Translations under genes and position numbers: made by a program | The notes under the pieces: generated by a model | Told to the model about the DNA's origin: nothing | The model's database searches: none | Seen by the model: the letters and a program-made list of their open reading frames with translations, nothing else | Shown here: positions 55,095 to 64,000 of the stretch, one piece after another | How positions within the stretch are numbered: position 1 is the first letter of the stretch | Layout: each line of letters starts with the position of its first letter | NCBI GenBank assembly: GCA_963579135.1 | Contig: CAUZFB010000002.1 | Location: 48,341 to 112,340 of the forward strand | Source: Dehalococcoidia bacterium | Lineage (GTDB): Bacteria; Chloroflexota; Dehalococcoidia; Lucifugimonadales; Australimonadaceae | DNA: 64,000 bases | Direction of reading: 5' to 3'

Positions 55095-56024
55095 ATGCGC
55101 CTCCGCCTCACTACCGCCACCATCGCTGGCGCCACCGCCATCCTGCTCACCGCATGTGCGCCGCCTGGCGCTTCACCCAATGCCCTACCCGTCGGCATGG
55201 CTACGGCTCTCGTCCCTCCGGTGGCCGCCAACGCCTATGTCTACGTTCGGCCGCCAGCCAACGCCACATTCTCCAGCCACGCCCTGGGCGTCGACGAGCT
55301 GACGCTGGAGTCGGCGGCCGTGCTGCTCGCCAACGGGTCGGAAGGCTTCGCGGCGCGCGTCGTCACCGCAGCCGGTGGCGACGCAGGCCCTCTGAACGAC
55401 GTCCCCGGCGGCTGGTCCGACGCCGGCGCTACTAGCCTGCGATTCGGCCCCAACTCACGGTGGGGTAATCAGGTGCGCGATGCCTGGAACCAAGAGTCTT
55501 CAAAATCTTTCTCCGAACAGTTTCCGGGGGCCTGGCGCGACCTTCAGTCCATGCCTGACAACCCGCCTGCACAGCCCATCGCCGCAGGCTTCGTTCGGAA
55601 CTTCGGCCCCCTGCTCGAGCATCTCATCGGTAAGGCGGGCATCAGCGTGCCCGATCTCGCCAGCGGCTTGTCGCTGGTGCGCATCAATCGCATCGCCTTC
55701 GTCGCGTACGCGGATGATTTCAGTGAGCTACCCGAGAGCGTCGAGCGCAGCGTGCTGCGCGACCTGAACGTGAGCATCCTCGCCGTCACCGACAGCCCGT
55801 ACCCCAGCGCAGTTGTGGGATTGGTGTTCGACGGCTTCGTGTCCTCGTTGGGCCTGTCCCCCGTCTCGGTAATCGGCGCCACCGCCCACCAGCGTCAGCT
55901 CACCGACGACATATACGTTATCGTGCTCCGCGATAACACCACGCTCTTCTTCGCGATGGCCTCCACTCGTGCCCAGGCCACCGCTCTCATGCAGGCCGTC
56001 GTAACCACGCGAAACGAGGGGTAG
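55095..56024 (+). CDS. Hypothetical lipoprotein
   Basis: 'MRLRLTTATIAGATAILLTAC' gives a signal peptide with lipobox LTAC. No family recognised. Confidence 0.55.
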   Translation: MRLRLTTATIAGATAILLTACAPPGASPNALPVGMATALVPPVAANAYVYVRPPANATFSSHALGVDELTLESAAVLLANGSEGFAARVVTAAGGDAGPLNDVPGGWSDAGATSLRFGPNSRWGNQVRDAWNQESSKSFSEQFPGAWRDLQSMPDNPPAQPIAAGFVRNFGPLLEHLIGKAGISVPDLASGLSLVRINRIAFVAYADDFSELPESVERSVLRDLNVSILAVTDSPYPSAVVGLVFDGFVSSLGLSPVSVIGATAHQRQLTDDIYVIVLRDNTTLFFAMASTRAQATALMQAVVTTRNEG

Positions 56025-56140
56025 ATAGGGTCTCGAGGGCGAGTTCAATAATTGTTGACATGATTGGTCTACTTTCCCTACCATTCATGGGTAACGCACC
56101 ACTTTATTGGACCACTAGACAAGAAGGGCAGAGAACGAAA

Positions 56141-56455
56141 ATGGCAGCTGACGTAACCATCGATGAAGTCCGAACGGCGTTGAAGGATGTCTACGACCCG
56201 GAGATTCCGGTGAACGTGATCGACCTTGGCCTGATTTACAACATCGAGGTCGACGACGAAAGCCGCGTGCACGTCGAGATGACGCTCACCGCCGCTGGCT
56301 GCAGCATGGGCCCCTTCATCGCTCAGCAGGCTGAGTGGGCCATCAACGAGGTGGAAGGTGTCAAGGACGTCGAGGTGAACATCACCTTCGACCCGCCTTG
56401 GAGCCCCGACAGTATCAGCGAGGACGGCCGAAAGCTCCTCGGCCTCGACGACTAA
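56141..56455 (+). CDS. DUF59 / MIP18-family Fe-S assembly protein (SufT/PaaD-like)
   Basis: 'LKDVYDPEIPVNVIDLGLIY...VEMTLTAAGCSMG'. Confidence 0.8.
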   Translation: MAADVTIDEVRTALKDVYDPEIPVNVIDLGLIYNIEVDDESRVHVEMTLTAAGCSMGPFIAQQAEWAINEVEGVKDVEVNITFDPPWSPDSISEDGRKLLGLDD

Positions 56456-56535
56456 AGCCCACCAAACCCCATGGGTACCCCGTATCCAAACGACGGAGCG
56501 CGGCCCATCGCAAGCCGCGTGGGAGTTCGCGCGCG

Positions 56536-57402
56536 ATGAACATGAGTGAAGAGCAACGCCAGCAGCGCCTGGCGCAGATCAAGCAGCAGTGGGAAACCAA
56601 ACGGACGCTGAATCGACAGCTCCGCAAGATCAAGACTAAGATTGGCGTCTACAGCGCCAAGGGCGGAGTCGGCAAAACGACCGTTGCCGTAAACCTCGCC
56701 GTCTACCTGGCTGACCAGGGATTCAGCGTGGGCCTGCTCGACGCCGACATTGATACCCCCAACGCAGCCAACGTCATCGGCGGAGGAGACGTACCCAATA
56801 TGGCCAACGGGCGCATCCAGCCCGCCGAAAATTGGGGAGTCAAAGTCGTTTCCATGTCCCAATTCCAAGAGAACCAAGAAGAGGCGGTGATCTGGCGCGG
56901 GCCAATGATTCACAACGCCCTCAACCAGTTCCTGCAGCTCACTGACTGGGGAGACCTCGACTTCATGGTCGTAGATATGCCCCCCGGCACATCAGACGCG
57001 CCGCTCACGGTGATGCAGACACTCCAGATGGATGGCTTCGTCTCCGTCGCCACACCCCAGAAACTCGCCGCGCTGGACGCCAAGCGCTCCATCAACATGG
57101 TCAAGAAACTGAACGTCGAGGTGCTCGGCGTCGTCGAGAACTACAGCGGCGACGTCTTCGGCTCAGGCGTCGGCAAGCAGCTCGCAGCAGAAATGGATCT
57201 CACCTACTTCGGTGAGATCGCCCTCCGGCCCGAATACCAGGACGACTCCAAACCTACGGTTCTGGTCAACGCCGACGTGCGGGCCGAGTACGACCACATC
57301 TGGGCGGGCCTCAAGGCCAAGCTCACTGAGCTTCAGGCAATGCCCGAGCAAGTCGCGGCCGCTCAGGCCGCCGAGGGCGGAAGCGAAGACGAGAAAGCCT
57401 AA
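56536..57402 (+). CDS. apbC: Mrp/NBP35/ApbC-family Fe-S cluster carrier ATPase
   Basis: 'IGVYSAKGGVGKTTVAVNLA' and 'VVDMPPGTSD'. The ORF-track start at 56335 overlaps the DUF59 gene out of frame. Confidence 0.82.
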   Translation: MNMSEEQRQQRLAQIKQQWETKRTLNRQLRKIKTKIGVYSAKGGVGKTTVAVNLAVYLADQGFSVGLLDADIDTPNAANVIGGGDVPNMANGRIQPAENWGVKVVSMSQFQENQEEAVIWRGPMIHNALNQFLQLTDWGDLDFMVVDMPPGTSDAPLTVMQTLQMDGFVSVATPQKLAALDAKRSINMVKKLNVEVLGVVENYSGDVFGSGVGKQLAAEMDLTYFGEIALRPEYQDDSKPTVLVNADVRAEYDHIWAGLKAKLTELQAMPEQVAAAQAAEGGSEDEKA

Positions 57403-57405
57403 CGG

Positions 57406-59835
57406 CTAAACGTCGTCGGGCAAATAAAGCACGCCGCGGGGTTTGCCGGGCGCAGGGCTCGCTCCAACGATTCCCTCGTCCTCAAGCTGGTCCATGAGCT
57501 TGGCCGCACGCGGGTAACCGATGCCCAGCTTTCGTTGCAGCAGCGACGTGGACAACTGCCTATTCACCGAGGCGACTTGCAGGGCCTGATCGTAGAGAGA
57601 ATCGTCCATGTTCTGCATGGCATCCTTCTCAGCCGCCACCATCTCAGCCTCGCGTGCCATATCGTCCAGCGGCACCTCCGGAAGCGGCTGTCGCGGATGT
57701 GCGCGCCAATGATCGGCGAGCACGTCCGTGTCCGACTCCGTAATCAGCACCCCCTGCACACGGCGCGGTTTAGCTGCATCGGACGACTGGTAGAGCATGT
57801 CGCCCCTACCCAGCAGCCGCTCAGCACCCGCCATGTCCAGGATCGTCCGTGAATCCACCTGCGATGCCACCGCGAAAGCGATGCGGCTTGGGAAATTCGC
57901 CTTGATGAGCCCTGTCACCACGTCCACGGACGGACGCTGTGTGGCGACCACCAGGTGGATGCCCGTGGCACGGCCAAGCTGAGCCAGCCTGCATATGCCT
58001 CGCTCCACCTCGAACGACGCCGTCATCATCAGATCGGCGAGTTCATCGATACAGATAACGAAGTACGGCATCTGCTCCGTCGCCTTGGGGCTCCCGTTGT
58101 AAGACTTGATATTCCTTACTCCCGCTTCTTCCAACAACTTGTAGCGACGACCCATCTCTTGGATCGCACCACGCAGGAGGCGCACCACACGGTCCGGTTC
58201 GGTGACGACTGGCGTCACCAGATGCGGTACGCCGTTGTACGGCGTCAGCTCCACGCGCTTGGGGTCCACTAGCAGCAGGCGCACCCGTGACGGCGTTTGG
58301 TGCGCGATGAGCGACGAGATGATGCTGTTCATGCAGACACTCTTACCAGAGCCGGTTGCCCCTGCGATGAGCAAGTGTGGCATCTTCAGCAGGTCGATGG
58401 CCACCGGCTCACCCGCTGAGGCCAACCCCAACGCCACCGGAAGACCCTCATCGTTTAGGATCGACTCGTACGACTCTGAGTCCATGACCTGGCGGATGGT
58501 GACGGTGGTTGAGGCCTTATTAGGCACCTCGACTCCCACCACTGATTCACCTGGAACGGGGGCCTCCAGTCGCAGGCTCGGCGCCGCCAACGCCAACGCG
58601 AGGTCCTTCTCCCGCGCCAGAATACTATCCACCTTCACACGGCTCCGCGCCTCCGTGAAGCCGTCCCGCCCACCGGCTCCGCCCGGCTCTCCGCCGCGAG
58701 CCTGTCCACCCCCACGCGCCTTGCGATTCCACCCCGGCACCAGACCGAACATGGTCACCGATGGTCCCGGCTTGATCTCCGCGACAGTCACCTCAACACC
58801 ATGCTGAGCAAAGGTTTCCTCAATGACTCCCGCCGTCTCGTGATGCACTGCGGTGATCTCACCTGCAGCCACCCCAGCGCTCAACTCGGTCGTGCTCGGC
58901 AAGCGCCAGACGGCGGTCACCGTTCCGCCGTGCGCTGGCGCAGCCTCTGCGTCCAACTCAGGCTCAGCCTCACGAGGCTTACGCGTCGGTCCGCGCTTCT
59001 CGCTAGCCGGTCGTGGTGCCAGCACCTCCGACGGAGTCACAACGATCGGCGGTTCCTCCGATCGATCGGACGCACCAATAGAAAGGGGGGCACTATCTCC
59101 TAGAAAAGGGGGCTGTTCCTCATCTGATGATGAGGTCGCTTTCACCGACAGAAACTCGCCTAAGTCTCGGCTCAGCGAGCCATCCTCGCGTGCGGCACGC
59201 CGGTCGCGTGCCGTCCGCACGGCAGCCCCACTGCCACGAGCCATGGCCGTTCCGGTACCCTTGGCCGCCTTCGCCCCTCCCTTCAACGTCCCTCCTGCCA
59301 GCTTGCCCAGAATCCGGTGCAATGGTGCCACGCGGTACGCCCGCACCGTGCCAGCCGCAGTCGCCCCTGCACCCCTACCCGAACCGCGCAACAGGCGATT
59401 ACTGAGCGTCGGCAATAGGAACCAGATGCCGAACGCCGTCACAGCGCCCACACGGACGTAGGCCAGCAAGTCGTTGGACCCACGCACGTCATCCCCCAAG
59501 GAGCCCCCCAAGCTCACGATACCCACGAAGGGGAGGTCGTACTCGAAGTAGGTAAGCCCGCCCTGGACGCCTGTGATCAGCAAGATCCACCCGATGAGCG
59601 ATCGCCATTTCTTGATCAGGAAAAGGGGTTTCTTCAGCAGCAGCATCAAGAGCACCACCGCAAAAAGGCCCATGGTGACGAAACCTGCACCCGCATGCAG
59701 CAACGCCTCCTCCGCCAACTCGCGGGCAGGGTCAACCAGCCAAGCGGGCTGCGCCAGCGCAGCATAAAGCCCGAACAATGCGATACCCAGCGGGAATAGG
59801 AGCTTGGTGGGAACGAGTCGAAATACGAAAAACAT
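57406..59835 (-). CDS. ftsK: DNA translocase FtsK/SpoIIIE
   Basis: N-terminal TM segments, a low-complexity linker, 'PHLLIAGATGSGKSV', 'VVATQRPSVDV', and a gamma domain 'LLQRKLGIGYPRAAKLMDQLEDEGIVG'. Confidence 0.92.
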   Translation of the reverse strand: MFFVFRLVPTKLLFPLGIALFGLYAALAQPAWLVDPARELAEEALLHAGAGFVTMGLFAVVLLMLLLKKPLFLIKKWRSLIGWILLITGVQGGLTYFEYDLPFVGIVSLGGSLGDDVRGSNDLLAYVRVGAVTAFGIWFLLPTLSNRLLRGSGRGAGATAAGTVRAYRVAPLHRILGKLAGGTLKGGAKAAKGTGTAMARGSGAAVRTARDRRAAREDGSLSRDLGEFLSVKATSSSDEEQPPFLGDSAPLSIGASDRSEEPPIVVTPSEVLAPRPASEKRGPTRKPREAEPELDAEAAPAHGGTVTAVWRLPSTTELSAGVAAGEITAVHHETAGVIEETFAQHGVEVTVAEIKPGPSVTMFGLVPGWNRKARGGGQARGGEPGGAGGRDGFTEARSRVKVDSILAREKDLALALAAPSLRLEAPVPGESVVGVEVPNKASTTVTIRQVMDSESYESILNDEGLPVALGLASAGEPVAIDLLKMPHLLIAGATGSGKSVCMNSIISSLIAHQTPSRVRLLLVDPKRVELTPYNGVPHLVTPVVTEPDRVVRLLRGAIQEMGRRYKLLEEAGVRNIKSYNGSPKATEQMPYFVICIDELADLMMTASFEVERGICRLAQLGRATGIHLVVATQRPSVDVVTGLIKANFPSRIAFAVASQVDSRTILDMAGAERLLGRGDMLYQSSDAAKPRRVQGVLITESDTDVLADHWRAHPRQPLPEVPLDDMAREAEMVAAEKDAMQNMDDSLYDQALQVASVNRQLSTSLLQRKLGIGYPRAAKLMDQLEDEGIVGASPAPGKPRGVLYLPDDV

Positions 59836-59896
59836 CGGATTAACGATACCCCAATCACCCGGAAAAGGAAGCAGGATTGGCTTGATGCTTTTGGCG

Positions 59897-61552
59897 CTAC
59901 ATGTCCAACCGGAGAGGCACGATCATCGGGCGGCGCCCGGTCTTCTTGAAGAGGAAGCTCCCGAGCACCTCGCGCACTCGCGCAGTGATGTAGTCCTCTT
60001 GCAGCGGCCTCTTCGAGGCTGACCGCAACGTGTCGCCAACCAACGCAATGGCGTCGTCCACCAACTCGTCGGATTCGTCCATGTCTATGAACCCGCTGGA
60101 CGCGATCTCCGGCTCGCCAACCAGGTCACCCGAAGCGTGATCGACGGGCACCACCACCACGACGAACCCATCGCGAGACAGGTGACGACGGTCCCGCAGC
60201 ACCGCGCTATCCACGTCCCACAGACGCAGGCCATCGACGTACACATGGCCAGCAGGCAGGCGCTCGATGACCTCCGCGCCGTCCTCGTCAAACTCGAGAA
60301 CGTCCCCGTCTTCGAGCACCATGATGTTTTCGGGATCCACACCCACGGACTCGGCAAGATCAGCGTGGGCGCTAAGCATGCGGTACTCGCCGTGTATGGG
60401 CACGAAGTATTTAGGCTTAATCAAGTTGAGCATCAACTTGAGCTCCTCCTGACTCGCATGGCCCTGAACATGCACGTTGGCTTGACGCCGCGTAATCACC
60501 TTGGCGCCCTGCCGTGTAAGGTTGTCGATCACCCCCGCAACCTTAGTTTCGTTACCAGGGATCGTGCTTGCAGAGAGGATGACTGTGTCGCCATGCTGGA
60601 TCTGGATATCTCGGCTATGGCGCCGCGAAACCCGGGCAAGAACCGCCAGCGGCTCCCCTTGAGCGCCCGTAAGCACGATAACCTGCCGCTCCGGGGGAAG
60701 TCCTGCCAGCTCATCTACGCTCATGATGGTGCCGGAGGGTATCTTGAGGTATCCCTTGTCGAGCGCCATGTTGACGTTATTCACCATGCTCCGGCCTGCA
60801 AACGCGATGTTGCGACCTTGCGCCACTGCCGCATCCGCAATCTGCTGCACGCGCGACACCAACGACGCGAACGTGGCCACCAGCACACGTCCCTCCGCGC
60901 GGCCTATCGCCACATCGAGCGCCTCAGAAACGATCTGCTCGGACGGCGTATATCCGGGATTTTCTGCGTAGGTGGAATCTGACAAGAGGAGCAATACACC
61001 TTCCTGTCCGAGCTCCGCCAACCGGTGGAGCTCCGTCAGGTGCCCATCGACCGGGGTGTGGTCGATCTTGAAATCACCCGAGTGGACGACGACACCCGCA
61101 TCGGTGTGCAACGCGATCCCGCATGCGTCAGGGATGGAGTGGCACACGCGGAAGAACTCAGCGGTAATGCCTCCCAGTTCCACGCTCTCGCCCGGCTGTA
61201 CTTCGTGCAGGTCGTACTTACCCACACCCACGTTTTCTTTAAGTTTCACCTCTATTAGGTCGCGGGCCAGCGGTGGCGCGTACACAGGCACGTCGAGATC
61301 GCGCAACAGGAACGGCAGCGCTCCCACATGGTCCTCGTGGCCATGGGTGATCAGCACCGCACGAACCCTGTCCTTGTTCTCTTTCAGATACGTCGTATCA
61401 GGAAGCACCAGGTCGACGCCGTGCATGTCTTCTTTCGGAAACATCAAGCCAGCGTCGATCACCACGATGTCGTCGCCGTACTCAACGACCATCATGTTCT
61501 TGCCAACTTCACCGAGCCCCCCCAGAGGGATGATGCGAATAGGGTCTGTCAT
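59897..61552 (-). CDS. rnj: Ribonuclease J
   Basis: 'ITHGHEDHVGALP' (metallo-beta-lactamase), a beta-CASP region and 'VHVQGHASQEE'. 551 aa. Confidence 0.9.
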   Translation of the reverse strand: MTDPIRIIPLGGLGEVGKNMMVVEYGDDIVVIDAGLMFPKEDMHGVDLVLPDTTYLKENKDRVRAVLITHGHEDHVGALPFLLRDLDVPVYAPPLARDLIEVKLKENVGVGKYDLHEVQPGESVELGGITAEFFRVCHSIPDACGIALHTDAGVVVHSGDFKIDHTPVDGHLTELHRLAELGQEGVLLLLSDSTYAENPGYTPSEQIVSEALDVAIGRAEGRVLVATFASLVSRVQQIADAAVAQGRNIAFAGRSMVNNVNMALDKGYLKIPSGTIMSVDELAGLPPERQVIVLTGAQGEPLAVLARVSRRHSRDIQIQHGDTVILSASTIPGNETKVAGVIDNLTRQGAKVITRRQANVHVQGHASQEELKLMLNLIKPKYFVPIHGEYRMLSAHADLAESVGVDPENIMVLEDGDVLEFDEDGAEVIERLPAGHVYVDGLRLWDVDSAVLRDRRHLSRDGFVVVVVPVDHASGDLVGEPEIASSGFIDMDESDELVDDAIALVGDTLRSASKRPLQEDYITARVREVLGSFLFKKTGRRPMIVPLRLDM

Positions 61553-61566
61553 AGCTCCATTTTTCT

Positions 61567-61582
61567 GGCGCCTGCAGGCGCC
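61567..61582. promoter_or_regulatory. Perfect 16-bp palindrome GGCGCCTGCAGGCGCC in the udg-rnj intergenic region
   Basis: Read directly. It lies 15-30 nt upstream of the rnj ATG, adjacent to its GGAG SD. Confidence 0.4.
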
Positions 61583-61612
61583 TAACCAACCGCGCCGCTC
61601 ATAAGGTCGGCG

Positions 61613-62302
61613 CTAAAACATACTCCACTGTTGCGACGGCGGCTCATCCGTCTTTTCCTGCTCCGGCTCCGGTCCGGCGACCGCTTCCGGCCTAACCGTA
61701 ACCGGCGGCCCACTCTTCACCGTGGGGTTCGTCTGCGGTGACGACGGCTGACCACCAAGGTCGGCGAGCAACGCGCCCAGCTTCGCGAAATCTTCCTCGA
61801 TGGTCGAACGCAACCCGCCATTGTGAAGCGCTGCCGCAGGGTGATACAGCGGAAACAGCGTGACGGCGCCGAACACCTTCGGCTGTGCTCTCAGCTTACC
61901 GATGGACTGCCCGGGGAACCAACGCGCTAGCGCGTGACGCCCAAGCGGAACGATGATCTTCGGCGCGATCTCCTCGATCTGCTCGTCGAGGTAGTGCCGA
62001 CAGGCCTCGATCTCTTTAGGCAACGGATCACGATTATTAGGCGGACGGCACTTCACCATATTGGTGATGAACACATCCTCCCGGCGCAAGCCGATGGACT
62101 CCAGCAGATGGGTAAGGAACTGACCCGCCGCCCCGATGAAAGGGCGCCCCTGCTTGTCTTCATTAAAGCCGGGGCCTTCCCCGACGAACATGATCCCGGC
62201 CTGCGCGAAGCCTTCGCCAGGAACTGCATTGGTGCGCTCCCAGCACAGGTCACAGTCCTCGCACGTCTTGATCACCTGGTGGATGACATCCAAACCAGCC
62301 AA
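61613..62302 (-). CDS. udg: Family-4 uracil-DNA glycosylase with a Pro-rich C-terminal tail
   Basis: 'CEDCDLC', 'MFVGEGPGFNEDKQGRPFIG' and 'HPAAAL'. About 45 extra C-terminal residues end in 'QQWSMF'. Confidence 0.85.
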   Translation of the reverse strand: MAGLDVIHQVIKTCEDCDLCWERTNAVPGEGFAQAGIMFVGEGPGFNEDKQGRPFIGAAGQFLTHLLESIGLRREDVFITNMVKCRPPNNRDPLPKEIEACRHYLDEQIEEIAPKIIVPLGRHALARWFPGQSIGKLRAQPKVFGAVTLFPLYHPAAALHNGGLRSTIEEDFAKLGALLADLGGQPSSPQTNPTVKSGPPVTVRPEAVAGPEPEQEKTDEPPSQQWSMF

Positions 62303-62324
62303 TAATCGATCCTCGTAGCGGAAG

Positions 62325-62582
62325 CTAGTCCGTGTAGCCCTTGCCCTTGATGAAGTCGACTGCGTTCTGGATCGTCCGGATGCCCTCGGCGTCCTCGTCG
62401 GAGATCTTCAACGGCTCTGCACCATCGGCGAACTCCTCTTCGAACGCCATGATGAGCTCAACCAAGTCCAGCGAGTCAGCGTTCAAGTCGTCCGTGAACG
62501 ACGCATCTGCTACGACCGCTGCCTCATCCGCACCAAGCCGATCAATTACCACTGCCTTAACTCTGTCGAGGACACTCGCCAT
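62325..62582 (-). CDS. acpP: Acyl carrier protein
   Basis: '[20 protein letters not shown]' (phosphopantetheine-attachment Ser). AGGAGA SD. Confidence 0.92.
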   Translation of the reverse strand: MASVLDRVKAVVIDRLGADEAAVVADASFTDDLNADSLDLVELIMAFEEEFADGAEPLKISDEDAEGIRTIQNAVDFIKGKGYTD

Positions 62583-62590
62583 GAGGTCTC

Positions 62591-63064
62591 CTAATCAGTT
62601 GATATCGCGCCTGCGGAGCCAATCCCTTCGAGGGCCGCTCCTAGCACGCCATTGACGAAGCGCGAAGACGCTGCGCCACCGAATTCCTTTGCCAATTCTA
62701 CCCCTTCGTTGATTGCAACCTTCGGCGGGACTGTCGACCCCGGCAGCAGCTCGAAGAGGGCGAGCCTGAGAACGTTCCGGTCCACCGGTGAGAGCTGATT
62801 CAAGGGCCACATCGGCGCGTTGGTCACGATCAACTCGTCAACCTCCGCCATGGCCGCCAATACGCCCTTGATCGTGGTCATCGCCAACTCCACCACGCGA
62901 TCAGACGCCTCAGTCGCTTCCGCATGAGTCGCGAGAGACGCCTCCCAATCGTGGCCTACAACGTCCATCTCGTACAGCACCTGCAGCGCAAGGACACGCG
63001 CCCGGTGTTGGTGGGTCTTGGGCTTTTTCGCGCGGCGGCCCGAAGGTGATGTTCGTGTTTCCAT
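62591..63064 (-). CDS. nusB: Transcription antitermination factor NusB
   Basis: '[15 protein letters not shown]' and '[11 protein letters not shown]'. Confidence 0.88.
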   Translation of the reverse strand: METRTSPSGRRAKKPKTHQHRARVLALQVLYEMDVVGHDWEASLATHAEATEASDRVVELAMTTIKGVLAAMAEVDELIVTNAPMWPLNQLSPVDRNVLRLALFELLPGSTVPPKVAINEGVELAKEFGGAASSRFVNGVLGAALEGIGSAGAISTD

Positions 63065-63079
63065 TGCTACGTTGGCAGC

Positions 63080-64000
63080 TTACGTTAGGGCGTCCAGAGC
63101 GTCTAGGCCTCCGATAACCACCGTTTCTGCTCCTGACGCGATGCGCTTAACCAAGCCCGTCAGCACCTTGCCGGGGCCAATCTCCACGTAACGCTCCACC
63201 CCATTCGCCGCCATGTACTCGATGGCCTCCTGCCAATAGACGCACCCGCAGAGCTGGTCGGCGAGTTCACCCCGAATCTCGTCACCCGTTACCAGCGGCG
63301 TCCCCGTCGTATTGCCGATCACCGGCGATTTAGGTATACCGAATGTGGTCTCGGCGAACAGCCGATCCATCTCGTCCTGCGCGGGCCGCATCACCTCCGT
63401 GTGAAAAGCTCCCGCCACGTCCAGCGGCAGCGCCCGGCGCGCCCCGGCCTCCTTGGCTCGCTCGATCGCCGCATCTAGCGCTTCCGTGGGCCCCGCAATG
63501 ACGATCTGCTGCTCGCTGTTGGCATTGGCGACCTGAGCGCCTGTGCCCTCGCAAGCGGCCTGCGCAGCGCCCAGAGTCAGGCCGATCAACGCGGCCATCC
63601 CACTAGGCGTCGCCTCCGCTGCGGCCTGCATGAGCTCACCACGGCGGCGCACCAAACGCAGGGCCTGCGCGAAGTCCAGCGCACCCGCTGCAACGAGCGC
63701 CGTGTACTCACCCAAGCTGTGGCCCGCAACGAATGTCGGCTGGGGCATCGAATCGCCCATGCGCTCTTCGAGCGCACGAAGCAGTGCGATGCTCGCCGTC
63801 AGGATCGCGGGCTGGGCGTTGTGCGAGCGAACCAACTCTTCGGCTGGCCCTTCGAGGATGATCTTGCTCAGGCTCGTGCCCAAGACATCGTTAGCTTCAT
63901 CGAACACCGCCCTGGCGGCGGCAGACGCAACGAACACGTCGGCACCCATGCCGACCTCTTGGGCGCCCTGGCCAGGGAACAGAAACGCAGTGGTGACATT
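63080..64000 (-). CDS. fabD: Malonyl-CoA:ACP transacylase FabD (5' end runs off the window)
   Basis: 'FLFPGQGAQEVGMG' read at the window edge and 'AGHSLGEYTALVAAGAL'. Confidence 0.9.
   Translation of the reverse strand, partial: NVTTAFLFPGQGAQEVGMGADVFVASAAARAVFDEANDVLGTSLSKIILEGPAEELVRSHNAQPAILTASIALLRALEERMGDSMPQPTFVAGHSLGEYTALVAAGALDFAQALRLVRRRGELMQAAAEATPSGMAALIGLTLGAAQAACEGTGAQVANANSEQQIVIAGPTEALDAAIERAKEAGARRALPLDVAGAFHTEVMRPAQDEMDRLFAETTFGIPKSPVIGNTTGTPLVTGDEIRGELADQLCGCVYWQEAIEYMAANGVERYVEIGPGKVLTGLVKRIASGAETVVIGGLDALDALT

Noticed and set aside
1-64000. Searched by eye for CRISPR repeats, IS/transposase or integrase genes, prophage genes, toxin-antitoxin pairs, restriction-modification or other defence modules, and rRNA/tRNA genes.
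   Set aside because: None was found. The only repeats are the tandem Rieske and FKBP gene duplications, the short hairpins and the two poly-G tracts.

Overview
High-GC (over 60% by eye), densely coded bacterial chromosomal segment with about 62 protein genes. By eye I found no rRNA, tRNA, CRISPR array, transposase or integrase. Most of it is housekeeping:
- hemW and ychF
- an arginine operon (argJ-argB-[UPF0182]-argD-argG-[EamA]-argH-rpe)
- rpmB / yloV-degV
- rnhB, mnmA, rsfS, ndk
- thiL-tsaE-tsaB, mgtE
- rpsP-KH-rimM, yebC
- ruvC-ruvA, uvrB
- Fe-S carrier genes (DUF59 plus ApbC-like)
- a minus-strand run fabD-nusB-acpP-udg-rnj-ftsK

Three parts stand out.
1. An 11-gene, translationally coupled Mrp/Mbh-type membrane module (3990-11656). 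It has non-canonical E-F-G-first order, a fragmented MrpA, three NuoL/M/N-like subunits and an unannotated 89-aa subunit.
2. Two small catabolic islands, with no reductase, ferredoxin or regulator in view.
   - Island 12652-18516: VOC dioxygenase, RidA, Rieske oxygenase, amidohydrolase_2, MFS.
   - Island 40587-44994: tandem Rieske oxygenase paralogs plus an MmgE/PrpD protein.
3. A recurring -10 hexamer (TATAAT/TACAAT/TAGAAT) exactly 6 nt upstream of several start codons, which suggests frequent leaderless transcripts.

Other oddities:
- a ~970-aa UPF0182 membrane protein translationally coupled inside the arg operon
- a lipoprotein-type FKBP paralog with no canonical start codon
- two intergenic G12/G13 homopolymers
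- a family-4 UDG with a C-terminal clamp-binding-like tail
- several strong hairpins and palindromes

Gene content and style (UPF0182, yloV-degV, leaderless starts, many Rieske/amidohydrolase paralogs) suggest a Chloroflexota- or Actinobacteriota-like organism. That is inference only. I see no recognisable defence, toxin or mobile system. All family calls come from by-eye motif recognition, with no searches run.
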